A DNA stretch of 64,000 nt from Clostridiales bacterium UBA7568 (GCA_002479075.1 DLLG01000017.1:60198-124197), one strand, 5' to 3'; positions 1 through 9,595 are shown, counted from the stretch's first letter. The notes: generated by a model not told the origin, from the sequence alone. A program made the numbers and translations.

Positions 1-22
1 AGAGCGGAGGATAATATTTTTT

Positions 23-898
23 TCATCCTTTTGTACCTCCCCTCGAAACACCCGCCATTATCTTTTTTCTGAACACGAGGAAAAGTATTATCAGCGGAAG
101 CGACACTGCGCAGACCGCCGCCATCATAGCGGGAATGTTCTCTCTGCCGAAGCCGTTTTCCCTTATCTCCTGAATACCGTTCGAGACGAGGAAAAAGTTC
201 GGGTCATCGGTTATGAGTCGCGGCCAGACGTATGAATTCCAGCATTCAATAACCTTGAGTATTATAACCGTCACAAAGGTCGGCTTGCATATCGGGATCA
301 TAACGCGCAGAAGGTATTTGAAATCCGTCGTTCCGTCAACCTTTGCGGCGTAATAAAGCTCATCCGGCACCTGCGAGAAATTCTCTTTGAGAAGATAAAT
401 ATAGAAAACGGACGTAACCGACGGAAGAATAAGCCCCGTGAAGGTATTGCGCAGACCCGCATTTGTTATCGTCACGAAGTTCGTTATGATAACGAGCTCT
501 GTCGGAAGCATCATAAGCGAGAGAAACAGCGTGAACGCTACGTTCTTTCCCTTGAAATTCAGCCTTGCGAAAGCAAACGCCGCAAGCGTTATGACTATGA
601 GCATAAGCGCGGTTGTGACAAGTGTGAAAAACAACGTATTGAGAAAGTATCTTGAAAGCGGGACCTCGGTAAAAGCGTCTATATAGTTTTTGAAGGTCGG
701 CGTCGCCGTAAAGAATTTCGGGATGCGCTCCGAGCTGTACGAGCTGTAACTTTTAAGCGAAGTAAGTACCATCCAGTAAAACGGGAAAAGGACGACTATC
801 GCCCATACGGAGAGCAAAATATAAACGAATGTGTTGCGAACGCCGCGCGCCGCAGAGGCACGCTTTTCGACCTTTGAATAATCTGTCGTTCTGTTCAT
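23..898 (-). CDS. Carbohydrate ABC transporter permease (MalG-like, CUT1 family)
   Basis: 291-aa ORF with multiple hydrophobic segments. EAA-type loop YYAAKVDGTTDFKYLLRVMIP. Lies in tandem with a second permease. Confidence 0.85.
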   Translation of the reverse strand: MNRTTDYSKVEKRASAARGVRNTFVYILLSVWAIVVLFPFYWMVLTSLKSYSSYSSERIPKFFTATPTFKNYIDAFTEVPLSRYFLNTLFFTLVTTALMLIVITLAAFAFARLNFKGKNVAFTLFLSLMMLPTELVIITNFVTITNAGLRNTFTGLILPSVTSVFYIYLLKENFSQVPDELYYAAKVDGTTDFKYLLRVMIPICKPTFVTVIILKVIECWNSYVWPRLITDDPNFFLVSNGIQEIRENGFGRENIPAMMAAVCAVSLPLIILFLVFRKKIMAGVSRGGTKG

Positions 899-907
899 AA
901 TGCCCCC

Positions 908-1798
908 TTAATAATGAACGTGTCTTCTGCTGACCATAAGGTTTATGCAGGTGACCGTCAGCACTATGGAAAAGAGGATTATCGCCGCCGCGGACGCAAA
1001 CGAAGGATACCCTCCCCCATCGCCGTAAAGCATATCGTATATATATCCGACGATCGTGTTCATTCCGGCAGCGTTGAGATTCGTGCCGAATATTGCAACA
1101 ACGTCGCTGTACGCCTTGAAGGCGCCGATAAATCCAGTTATGACAAGATAGAAAAGAGAGGGGGAGATCATCGGCAGGGTTATTTTAAAAAACATTCTCC
1201 GGCGGGACGCCCCGTCAATCTTTGCGGCGTTATAATACGTATCGCTGACAGAGGCGATTGAGCTCGTCAGGATAAGTATTTTGAACGGCATAACTATCCA
1301 TATCGTATAAACGCAGAGAACGAGCATTTTTGCCCAGTACGGACCGTCTATAAAATCAACGGACTGCCCGCCGAAAGCGTTTATTATAACGTTTACAAGC
1401 CCGTCCGAATAAGCCGTTTTCTTGAAAAGTATCATAAAAACAAGCCCGACGGCGAGAGTGTTTGTAACGTACGGGAGAAAGTATACCGTCTGGAAAAAGC
1501 TCCGCAGCTTTTTTATCGAGCCGAGCGCAACCGAGATAAGAAGCGCTATTCCCGTCGAAAGCGGAACGGTTATGATAACGAGGATAAATGTGTTCTTCAG
1601 CGCTGCGAGAAAATACGGGTCGCGCAGGACATAGGCATAATTGTACGTTCCCGTTCCGAAAAACGACTGCGACGCAAAATTGAATCCCTCTTCAAAGGAA
1701 TAAACAAGCACGTCTACAAGCGGATAAACCATAAACACGCCCAGAAACAGCACCGCGGGCAAAAGATACAGCCAGCCCTTGAGATTGTTCTTCTCCAT
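908..1798 (-). CDS. Carbohydrate ABC transporter permease (MalF-like)
   Basis: The ORF track runs to 1843 (TTG). The ATG at 1798 gives MEKNNLKGWLYLLPAVLF, a typical N-terminus. EAA loop YNAAKIDGASRRRMFFKITLP. Confidence 0.8.
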   Translation of the reverse strand: MEKNNLKGWLYLLPAVLFLGVFMVYPLVDVLVYSFEEGFNFASQSFFGTGTYNYAYVLRDPYFLAALKNTFILVIITVPLSTGIALLISVALGSIKKLRSFFQTVYFLPYVTNTLAVGLVFMILFKKTAYSDGLVNVIINAFGGQSVDFIDGPYWAKMLVLCVYTIWIVMPFKILILTSSIASVSDTYYNAAKIDGASRRRMFFKITLPMISPSLFYLVITGFIGAFKAYSDVVAIFGTNLNAAGMNTIVGYIYDMLYGDGGGYPSFASAAAIILFSIVLTVTCINLMVSRRHVHY

Positions 1799-1930
1799 TT
1801 TTTCATTCGCCCCCGATACCGGAAGCGCCCTCTCCTTCGGCAAGCATAAAAATGCAAAGCCTTCGCCTTATATGATTATTATATCATAAGTCCGACAAAA
1901 GTAAATAGAAAAACTGCACATTCGGCACAT

Positions 1931-1970
1931 AAAACAAAAACAAACCGCCGAAGCGGTTTGTTTTTGTTTT
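1931..1970 (-). terminator. Rho-independent terminator (perfect long palindrome, usable on both strands)
   Basis: aaaacaaaaacaaaccgc-cgaa-gcggtttgtttttgtttt, immediately after the stop of the 1976..2905 gene. Confidence 0.75.
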
Positions 1971-1975
1971 ATACG

Positions 1976-2905
1976 TCATTTTTTGTTTACGGCAAGGTCT
2001 CCGCTTGTCGTATCTGCGGAGATTTTTATGCTGCCGTCGCCGCAGGTATATGTCTTTCCGTTTCTTACGCAGGCAAAGTCCGTATCGAAATCGCCGCTGA
2101 CGGATGAGAGCTTTGCCTCAAAGCCGACGCCCTCCGGTAGAAGAATTTCAATATCCCCGCTGACGGAGTCAATATCGATGCTCTTCATCGTCTTTGCGGA
2201 AACTGCGGAATAATATACTTCTCCGCTGACAGTCTCAATGTCGAGCGAGACTATATCCGAATCGTTTATTCTGACGTCTCCGCTGACGCTTTCGACATCT
2301 GCCCTGCCGACCGCAGCTCCGTCTATTTTTATGTCTCCGCTCGTTGTGTTTACATCGAGCTGGGAGCCGGAGAACTTTTTGACGGCAACCCTGCCGCTTA
2401 CGCTTTCAACCGAAAGCACCTCCGCCCCGAGACCGGCACCGACGTTCACATCTGCCGATACCGCATCGACCGTAGCGACGGAAAACTCGGCTTTCGCCGG
2501 AATTCTGACAGTAAGCTGTTTTCCGATCATATTCGTTTTGATATTTCCGGAAGCTGCGAATTTTATCATAAGCGAGCCGTTTATGATCGCCGTATGAACC
2601 TTCTTTTCTTCGCTGCCGTCCGTATTGCCCGTTTCAGAAACGGATATTTCATCGCCGTCCCAGAGCTCTATGTTTACTGTACCAGAAACCCAGTTGACAT
2701 CTATTCTGTTTATTCCGTCCGTCTTATATGCAATGTCCCCTGCGACATACTTATCCGCGTTTTCATATTTGTAATTACTGAATACAGGCAAGCCTATATC
2801 GATCTTTCCGAAGGGAAACTCCGGCATCAAAAAGAGCATAAGCGTTATCGCAAGCACAGTCAGCGTCACGATCGACCAGATTATTATTTTAGCTGTTCTT
2901 CCCAT
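1976..2905 (-). CDS. DUF4097-like beta-strand-repeat protein (putative adhesin fold) with N-terminal membrane anchor
   Basis: N-terminal TM segment. Repeated VSGD[VI]xI / TSGDIKI strand motifs. Last gene of the PadR triad. Confidence 0.7.
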   Translation of the reverse strand: MGRTAKIIIWSIVTLTVLAITLMLFLMPEFPFGKIDIGLPVFSNYKYENADKYVAGDIAYKTDGINRIDVNWVSGTVNIELWDGDEISVSETGNTDGSEEKKVHTAIINGSLMIKFAASGNIKTNMIGKQLTVRIPAKAEFSVATVDAVSADVNVGAGLGAEVLSVESVSGRVAVKKFSGSQLDVNTTSGDIKIDGAAVGRADVESVSGDVRINDSDIVSLDIETVSGEVYYSAVSAKTMKSIDIDSVSGDIEILLPEGVGFEAKLSSVSGDFDTDFACVRNGKTYTCGDGSIKISADTTSGDLAVNKK

Positions 2906-2906
2906 A

Positions 2907-3563
2907 TTATTTCACCTCGTCATCATCGTCATCGTCGTCATCGTCATCATATTCTTTCTTGTTTACTATCGCGCGGACAAGATTTGCAAGCGGAACGCCG
3001 AGAACAAACAGTATCCAAGAAACATCCCAGCGCATAGTCGCAAAGCTGATTATAAAGTATGCGGTTGTTATTCCCGTCCATACGGCGCCGCCGATCGCCG
3101 AGTTTTTCTTTCTGTCATTGCTTTTGATAACTATCGCCGCATAGAGACAGTCGACCGCGGCAGCGGCTATGAAAATTATCCAGGAATACGCCCACGCTCC
3201 GCTTACAAAAAAGCTGTAAAGAAGATAAATGCATACAACAAGCGGCCAAAGAACCGAAGAAAATACTTTGCATTTCTTTTTCTCGCGCTTATATTGCTTT
3301 TCGTACATTCTTTCAAACTGCTTTTCGTAAGCATAAGAATATTTGACCTTTTCTCCCTTGAGATCCGAAACTATGCCGGAAAGGTCGCCTCCGCTCGATA
3401 TTGCAACGGCATACGCCTCCTCATCAGACTTGCCTTCGCTTTTGAGATCCGCATATTTATCGAGAAGGTTTGACAGAATCTCGCCCTTTATGTTCTCCGC
3501 CCTTTCGCTCTTCGGCACGTCGCGGAACACGCTTTCAATGTAATCTCTGATTTTGTTCTCCAT
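2907..3563 (-). CDS. Membrane protein with N-terminal PadR-associated (permease-prefix / DUF1700-like) helical domain and poly-Asp tail
   Basis: The N-terminus MENKIRDYIESVFRDVPKSERAENIKGEILSNLLDKY resembles DUF1700-type sensors. It has 3-4 TM segments and ends in ten consecutive Asp residues. Stop and start codons abut both neighbouring genes. Confidence 0.6.
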   Translation of the reverse strand: MENKIRDYIESVFRDVPKSERAENIKGEILSNLLDKYADLKSEGKSDEEAYAVAISSGGDLSGIVSDLKGEKVKYSYAYEKQFERMYEKQYKREKKKCKVFSSVLWPLVVCIYLLYSFFVSGAWAYSWIIFIAAAAVDCLYAAIVIKSNDRKKNSAIGGAVWTGITTAYFIISFATMRWDVSWILFVLGVPLANLVRAIVNKKEYDDDDDDDDDDEVK

Positions 3564-3896
3564 TTAACTGTTTCCTTTCGTGAGTTTGTCTATGATTGCT
3601 TTTGAGTCTTCCCAGTCGCGACGAAGCTGAGCGAGCACGGCTCTCCCCTGCTCCGTTATTTTATAATACCTTCGCCTTGCGCCTGTCGTTTCTTCTCCCC
3701 AATACGACGTTATACATCCGGATTCCTCAAGCCTCTTGAAAGCCGTGTAAAGAGTCGCCTCTTTCATTTCATAGCTACCGCCCGCAACAGCGCTGACGGT
3801 CTTGTTTATCTTATAGCCGTAGCTATCTCCGTTTTCAAGGCAAGAGAGGATTATCGTATCGGTGTTACCTCTTATGAGATCCGACGTTATTGACAT
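3564..3896 (-). CDS. PadR family transcriptional regulator
   Basis: I moved the start to the ATG at 3896, which is preceded by aggaggtga. Winged-helix signature TDTIILSCLENGDSYGYKINK...RRYYKITEQG. Confidence 0.85.
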   Translation of the reverse strand: MSITSDLIRGNTDTIILSCLENGDSYGYKINKTVSAVAGGSYEMKEATLYTAFKRLEESGCITSYWGEETTGARRRYYKITEQGRAVLAQLRRDWEDSKAIIDKLTKGNS

Positions 3897-4175
3897 CCGA
3901 TCACCTCCTGTGATTGCATTATACAGCAAGATACCTCGCCTGTCAAGGTATTTCCGCAAAAAAGTTATAATTTTTTTCAAAGTATCTTTCACACTTATTT
4001 TTCATCTGCCTCAAATCTTCGGAAAAGCCTTGCCGCACCTATGTTTTTTGAAAAAATCGGCAAACGGGAAGCATTGTAGCTCTGCGAGCGTCGGACCTGA
4101 GCCGTTGCGACAAATAATAAAAAACGCCCTGAAGACGCATAGTCTCCAAGGCGTTTCTTTTATAAGATTATATCG

Positions 4176-6035
4176 TCATTCCGTCGCAAAGGTCGCCTTC
4201 GGCGATCCGAGATATACAACGAGCGCCGAAAGTCTGCAAGGCATCGTAACAGAAGTTTTGACCTCCCCTCCGACCTTTACGGAAAGCGTCTGTCCTTCGC
4301 TCAGGCTCATAGTTGTCTTTGTGCCGACCGATGCAAAGCCGGAGCAGTTCATCGCTTCGCTGCCCATTCCGTTTGCGGGGCAAAGCGCAAGCACGGTACC
4401 ACCCGAGAAGGTATATCCGTTTTCGGTGTCTATCGAAGAATCGCCGCCCGATGTGCTTACAACGGTTATCTCGCCGCCCGCAAACAGGATTCCCTGATAT
4501 GAAGTGCGGCTGTTGGAATCGATGCCGTCTCCGCCGGCGTAAATATAAACCTTGCCGTCATTGAAGGTTATTCCCGTGCCGGATGTCGTCGTTGCGTTGA
4601 TGCCGTCATCCGAGGAGACGATTGAAATATCGCCGCCGTCAATTCTGACGAACGTACCCTCCAAGCCCTCGTAGCAGCCCGTTATGTCAATTTTACCTCC
4701 TGATACGGTGAGCGTGCCGTCTGCGTGAACGGCATCATCCTTTGAAAAGAGGGTGAGTGTGCCGCCGGAAATCAGGATGTTGCCTGTTGAAGTCTCTCCG
4801 TTTTCAAGCGACGTCCCGCTGTTTGCGTGAATCGAGTCGTCATACGAGGTCAGAGCAAGCGTGCCGCCGGAGATATGAATTTCGTTTCCGGCTTTTATGG
4901 CTTTTGTTGATATCTCGCTCTTATCGCGGTTTCCGTCCGTCATTCCGCCGGGACCGCCACCGAAATCCCCGCCGCCAGGTCTTCCGCCTCCGCCAAAGCC
5001 CCCGAAGCCGCCTTGGTTACCTCCGCCAAAGCCGCCCCGATCGCCGCCAAAGCCCCCGCCCTGACCGCCGAATGAAGCCCCTGCATTGCTTACGCTTGCA
5101 GAGGTGAACTCCGCGCTGCTCTGCTCCGCCGTCTCCTCGGAATAAGGCGAATAGCGTTCCGTAAAGATATTCAGGACAGCCTCGTCGCCGATGTCAACGT
5201 CGTACGCCGCGTCTATTCCGTCACAGGCGGCATAGATATTGACGGTTCCACCCGTTATCGAAACGATACCTCTCTGGTTGCCCTTTGAGGAAACGTCCGT
5301 GTTCTTCGTTTTTATCCCGTCTCCCGATCTTGCAACGAGCGTAATTACTCCGCCGGATATGGTTACGCTGTCGTTGCCCTTGAGCGCATTGTCCTCGCAG
5401 GTTACGGAGAGAGTGAGATTTTTGATTTTGAGATCATCCTTTGTGTGTATACCGTTGTTGTTTGACGAGATGACCGTCAGCTCGCCCTTGCCGCCGATAT
5501 CGAGGTCGCATTTTGCATAAACTGCGGCAGATACCGATGTTTCGTCATCGGAGGCGAGCGCCGCTCTTGTGTCATATATATAATTTTTCGTCTCTTTCTT
5601 TGCGGTCAGAGTCACCTTGTCTCCGGAAAGGATCATAATCGGGTTTTGCTCGCCGCTGAACAGTTTGACGCCGCAAAGCTCAAGTTCGAATTTATAATCG
5701 TCGCCGGCGTCGATTACGATCTGTCCGTCAAATTCGCCGGATACGGCGCAGACGGTATTCTCCGTTATTCCGGAGAAGGTCAGCGTCTTTCCGTCAAAGC
5801 TCCAGCAATTGTCCGTCCCCTCGGAGCAGGTAATTTTCAGGGTGTTTACGTTTTCGTCAAGGTCGTCGGGAACGTCGGTTTTGTCGGGATCGACGGTTTC
5901 CGCAGCGGTTGCGGAGGTTGTCGTCTGAGCCGGATTTTGGCTCTCCGTGTTCTCTGTGCCGCCGCCCGTCGAGCAGGACGCAAGAACGGTCACAAGCAGA
6001 CACGCCAAAAGTAATATTGACAATAGTTTTTTCAT
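4176..6035 (-). CDS. Secreted lipoprotein, Cthe_2159-like carbohydrate-binding beta-helix protein with Gly-rich linker
   Basis: Start at 6035 is preceded by aaaggagg. Lipobox LLVTVLASC. Repeated GG.(I/L)T(I/L)...DD.(I/L)H.(N/D) beta-helix rungs. Run GGQGGGFGGDRGGFGGGNQGGFGGFGGGGRPGGG. Confidence 0.65.
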   Translation of the reverse strand: MKKLLSILLLACLLVTVLASCSTGGGTENTESQNPAQTTTSATAAETVDPDKTDVPDDLDENVNTLKITCSEGTDNCWSFDGKTLTFSGITENTVCAVSGEFDGQIVIDAGDDYKFELELCGVKLFSGEQNPIMILSGDKVTLTAKKETKNYIYDTRAALASDDETSVSAAVYAKCDLDIGGKGELTVISSNNNGIHTKDDLKIKNLTLSVTCEDNALKGNDSVTISGGVITLVARSGDGIKTKNTDVSSKGNQRGIVSITGGTVNIYAACDGIDAAYDVDIGDEAVLNIFTERYSPYSEETAEQSSAEFTSASVSNAGASFGGQGGGFGGDRGGFGGGNQGGFGGFGGGGRPGGGDFGGGPGGMTDGNRDKSEISTKAIKAGNEIHISGGTLALTSYDDSIHANSGTSLENGETSTGNILISGGTLTLFSKDDAVHADGTLTVSGGKIDITGCYEGLEGTFVRIDGGDISIVSSDDGINATTTSGTGITFNDGKVYIYAGGDGIDSNSRTSYQGILFAGGEITVVSTSGGDSSIDTENGYTFSGGTVLALCPANGMGSEAMNCSGFASVGTKTTMSLSEGQTLSVKVGGEVKTSVTMPCRLSALVVYLGSPKATFATE

Positions 6036-6048
6036 AATGAAGCCTCCT

Positions 6049-6723
6049 TTAAAGTTCATTTTCGCCAAGATCCGCGCGCGAGCAACAGATCTCAAGGTTT
6101 CCGTTGCGGGTGCGTATTGCGTCAAGCATCGGCTTTTCGCATACCGCATTCTTCAGCTGCACACGATACGTCAGGCGGAACATACTGCCCATATTCGTCG
6201 ATTTGACAGTCTCCAGCTCCGCTCCCTCCGTATATTCCGAGAAAATATCGTCAAAGACCGAAGTATAATCAAGAGATTCGGGGATTGTGATCTTGACGAG
6301 CTTTTCTCTCCCCTTCGATCGTCCCGCCTTTGTGGCAAATTTGCCGAAAACAAAGAGCAGAATGCCGCTTGCGATAAGAAATATCGCGCCATATGCGATG
6401 TATCCCATACCGAAGGCAAGCCCCGCAGCCATCGCAATGAAGATTATTGCAATTTCCCTTGCCGTGCCGGGGGCGGAACGGAATCGCACCAAGCCGAAGG
6501 CTCCCGCAATGGCAACGCCGACACCGAGATTTCCGTTTACGAGGGCAATCACCGCCGCAACCGTCATCGGGATGAGCGTTGTCGCTATTGCAAAATTCAA
6601 TGACGACTTTGATCTGTAACACGCCAGCACCGAAAAGACGGCGCCGCAGGCAAGCGATGCGATCAATACGATAAAGAAGCTGACTGCGGCAACGGTTCCG
6701 CCGCTGAAAATGGATTCAAACAT
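6049..6723 (-). CDS. DUF4956-like membrane protein
   Basis: Four to five N-terminal TM segments and a soluble C-terminal domain. This is the usual partner of bacterial VTC-domain genes. Confidence 0.6.
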   Translation of the reverse strand: MFESIFSGGTVAAVSFFIVLIASLACGAVFSVLACYRSKSSLNFAIATTLIPMTVAAVIALVNGNLGVGVAIAGAFGLVRFRSAPGTAREIAIIFIAMAAGLAFGMGYIAYGAIFLIASGILLFVFGKFATKAGRSKGREKLVKITIPESLDYTSVFDDIFSEYTEGAELETVKSTNMGSMFRLTYRVQLKNAVCEKPMLDAIRTRNGNLEICCSRADLGENEL

Positions 6724-7421
6724 AATATATTACTCCTTGAAACTGTATTTTTACGGTATTCGCGCTCATAAGCGGCACCGTATTTTGAAAAGGATTGCTT
6801 TTTTATTTCCTCCTTGCAGAGCATATCGCAAAGCCATAAAGGAAACGCCGTTCCGCTTTTTATCTCCATTAGAACCGTGCCATCCGGAAGCAGCTTTTCG
6901 CCGTCAAGCGATGTATGCAGGTTCAGATTGTCCTTGCGATAGCGGACGTTTTGGTCAAATGTGACGCGGAGGTCGCTTCCGGAATCAAAGAACGCCTCCC
7001 TGTCGTAAAGAATCAGTATTTTCGGGGAGAGGACGCCATAAAACTTAAAGAAATAATCAAGCTCCCTGCCGATCTGCGATTCCGAGCCTCCGCTCATCAT
7101 CCTCTCCGCCTCGCGCTCCGTGCAGGCAAGCCTGCGCTTATAGACGATGTCGTCATACTTGCGCTTCATTTCAACATATATATTTTTGTCATCGTCGCTT
7201 AGTCCGTAAGCGCGCAGCCGCAGCTTTTCCTTGAATACGGGCTTTTCAATCGACGAACGGACGAGCCTGTCATCCGGCGTATCGTAATAAAGGCTCTGTA
7301 TCGTCGTTTTTCCGAAGGCATCCGGAGAGAGCCGACTTTCGATTGCACTCCTTGCCGCCCGATATTGCTCCGCCGTCAGCAGATATTTCAGTTCATATCT
7401 TTTAAAAACATAGCTTATCAA
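6663..7421 (-). CDS. VTC-domain (polyphosphate-polymerase-like) protein
   Basis: A TTG start at 7421 follows gaggagga and gives the N-terminus ISYVFKRYELKYLL. KRYE.KY and the R.R.Y...Y.E.K triphosphate-tunnel-like strands are typical of the VTC / CYTH-like domain. Confidence 0.65.
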   Translation of the reverse strand: MISYVFKRYELKYLLTAEQYRAARSAIESRLSPDAFGKTTIQSLYYDTPDDRLVRSSIEKPVFKEKLRLRAYGLSDDDKNIYVEMKRKYDDIVYKRRLACTEREAERMMSGGSESQIGRELDYFFKFYGVLSPKILILYDREAFFDSGSDLRVTFDQNVRYRKDNLNLHTSLDGEKLLPDGTVLMEIKSGTAFPLWLCDMLCKEEIKKQSFSKYGAAYEREYRKNTVSRSNILCLNPFSAAEPLPQSASLSY

Positions 7422-7529
7422 AACGCATCCTCCTCTCTTGTGACTCAAGTTTATCATCCGATACTTAAACCAACTTAAAAGGACGAAAAAAATCGGCAGA
7501 ATTTTTTTCTGCCGATTGAAATTTTGTTT

Positions 7530-8771
7530 TCATAGCGGGAGCGTTGCCGTAATGCGGAAGTCTTTCCCGCTCTCCGTGCTCGCCGCAATGCTTCCGCCGT
7601 GTGCCTCGACGATCGCCTTTGCTATCGAAAGCCCGATGCCGTGCCCTCCCGTCTCCGAGTTTCTCGAAGCGTCCGTGCGATAAAAACGATCGAAAACGCG
7701 GGAAAGCGAGGCCTTGTCAATGTCGGTTTCGGTTTCGTTCCGGACGGTAAATGTCGCCGTCTTTCTGTTTTGCGCGAGGCCGACGGTTATCCTGCCGCCC
7801 GCAGGCGAATATTTGACTGCGTTTTCAAGCAACGCAGAAACAAGCCGCCTGATCGCGTCCGGCGAGCCGCATAAGGTAATATCCGGAGCTATATCCGAGG
7901 AAAGATCAATATTTTTTGAAGCAATAAGCGAATGAAAAGAAGCAACCGTCTCGCAGACAATATCCGAAAGCGGCATTTCGACCTTTGCCGGTCTGTGCTC
8001 CGCCTCTTCCATCTTGGAGAGATATACGAGGTTGTTTGTAAGCTCTGTCATACGCTTTGTCTGTGAGCGGATCTCGTCGCACTCCTCTTTTCCGGCTTCG
8101 CCGTCAAGCAGGTCAAGGTTTGCATTTATTATCGTTAGCGGAGTTTTCATCTCGTGCCCCGCATCGGAAACAAATCGCTTTTGCTTTTCGTAGCTCTCGG
8201 CAATAGGCTTTACAATCTTTCCGGACACGAGCAAAAATGCAACAAAAACGACAACGCACCCTCCGAGCCCGACCGCAAGGCTTGTCAGAAGGAATGAGCG
8301 GAATGCGTCAAGCTTGCGCCCGCAGTCAAGAAAAACGATTTGCGTGCCGTCCGAAGCGTCAGTCTTCAGATAACGGAACTGACCGACAAACCCCCGCTCT
8401 CCGCCGCTCTGCGCTTTTTCGACATACTCGCTGACAGAACCGCTGTCAACGGATAAAATCCTCGAAAAATCTGATTCTTCGACAGTCCCGTCCCCTGAAA
8501 CCGTCACAGAGAAAAAGCGGGATTCATAAGGCACCTCCGGCGACATTCCGTGCGGAATAAATTTATCATCCTTTTCCGGCGGCTTTTCTGGAGGGTCGGT
8601 TTTATCGAAAAATGTCGGCGGCGTTTTCGAAAGGACCGCAAGGGTTGCATCGCTCTCCTTTACGACAACCGAATAATTTATAAGGTTCATTATTCCGACG
8701 AGCACCGCCATCAGCGCAAGCATCGATGCGGTTGCGAGAATAATGAATTTGCGTTTGAGCTTATTTATCAT
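7530..8771 (-). CDS. Sensor histidine kinase (two TM segments, HisKA + HATPase_c)
   Basis: H-box SDAGHEMKTPLT. N-box LLENAVKYS. G-box GGHGIGLSIAK. The ATG at 8771 follows ggagg and overlaps the end of the response-regulator gene. Confidence 0.88.
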   Translation of the reverse strand: MINKLKRKFIILATASMLALMAVLVGIMNLINYSVVVKESDATLAVLSKTPPTFFDKTDPPEKPPEKDDKFIPHGMSPEVPYESRFFSVTVSGDGTVEESDFSRILSVDSGSVSEYVEKAQSGGERGFVGQFRYLKTDASDGTQIVFLDCGRKLDAFRSFLLTSLAVGLGGCVVVFVAFLLVSGKIVKPIAESYEKQKRFVSDAGHEMKTPLTIINANLDLLDGEAGKEECDEIRSQTKRMTELTNNLVYLSKMEEAEHRPAKVEMPLSDIVCETVASFHSLIASKNIDLSSDIAPDITLCGSPDAIRRLVSALLENAVKYSPAGGRITVGLAQNRKTATFTVRNETETDIDKASLSRVFDRFYRTDASRNSETGGHGIGLSIAKAIVEAHGGSIAASTESGKDFRITATLPL

Positions 8772-9438
8772 CACAAGCCTCCAGAGAGTATCCCGCATTT
8801 CTTGACGCTTTGATCTGAATATCTGCGCCGAGCGCAGTCAGCTTTTTGCGGAGATAAGAAATATAAACCCAGACAACGTTTATCTCCGCTTCGCTGTCAA
8901 ATCCCCAGATCTTCTCCATAAACTGCTCTGCGGAGATTATGTGTCTCGGATTTGAAAGGAAATATTCCATCATCTGAAATTCCTTGTTTGCAAGGCGGAA
9001 GCTCCCCGTCGGCGACGAAAGTTCAAAGGTCGCTCTGTCAAGAGTTATGTTTCCGAATGTCAGTTTTGTGTCCGCTTCGGATTTGGAGCGTGTAATCGCA
9101 CGAATACGGGCGAGCAGCTCCCTTGTGTCAAACGGTTTCGGGAGATAGTCGTTTGCGCCGCTGTCAAGCCCGAGAACTCTGTCCTCTATGTCAGATTTTG
9201 CCGTCAGCATAAGAACCGGAATCCGGTTTCCGGAAGCACGGAGCTTTTTGAGAACGGTTATCCCGTCCGCCTTAGGCATCATAACATCGAGCACGGCAAC
9301 GTCATAACCGCCCGATTCGATGTATGCAAGCGCCTCCTCGCCGTCATAAACGGCATCGGCTGAATAATTGTTTTTTTCAAATATCTTGACGATTGCCTTT
9401 GCAAGAGCTTTTTCGTCTTCGGCAAGTAAAATTCGCAT
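8761..9438 (-). CDS. OmpR-family response regulator
   Basis: Receiver domain MRILLAEDE...DVMMPKADG...LTAK, plus a winged-helix C-terminal domain. Confidence 0.92.
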   Translation of the reverse strand: MRILLAEDEKALAKAIVKIFEKNNYSADAVYDGEEALAYIESGGYDVAVLDVMMPKADGITVLKKLRASGNRIPVLMLTAKSDIEDRVLGLDSGANDYLPKPFDTRELLARIRAITRSKSEADTKLTFGNITLDRATFELSSPTGSFRLANKEFQMMEYFLSNPRHIISAEQFMEKIWGFDSEAEINVVWVYISYLRKKLTALGADIQIKASRNAGYSLEACDDK

Positions 9439-9595
9439 ATCGCCGCCTCCCTTCGATTTTATATAATAGCGCAGATTTCTTAAATCAAGTTAAAAAGCCC
9501 GAATATGTTTTCGCAATATTTGCTCCGGAATTCCGTCGTTTTTATAAAAAGACCGCTCTTCCGCCTTCTCCCCGAAAGGGCTGCTGCCGGGCGGC

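Noticed and set aside
23-1843. Sugar ABC permease pair without a substrate-binding protein or ATPase gene; considered as a degenerate transporter.
   Set aside because: The pair is at the window edge and downstream partner genes may lie outside the window. CUT1 systems commonly use a shared MsiK-type ATPase encoded elsewhere.
2910-2950. GAT/GAC run that could be a microsatellite or phase-variation tract.
   Set aside because: It encodes the in-frame poly-Asp C-terminus. The codons alternate (gat/gac), so it is not a homopolymeric slippage tract. It is noted under the PadR triad finding instead.
4930-5095. Highly repetitive GGN/GGC-rich stretch that could look like a tandem repeat or array.
   Set aside because: It is in frame within the lipoprotein gene and encodes a Gly-rich linker (GGFGG repeats). 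It has no spacer/repeat periodicity like CRISPR and no direct-repeat boundaries.
6663-6723. 61-nt overlap between the VTC-domain and DUF4956 ORFs, considered as a frameshifted fusion or pseudogene.
   Set aside because: Both ORFs are full length with intact family-typical termini, and the DUF4956 ORF has no plausible alternative start downstream. I treat this as a genuine overlap and mention it under the cluster finding.
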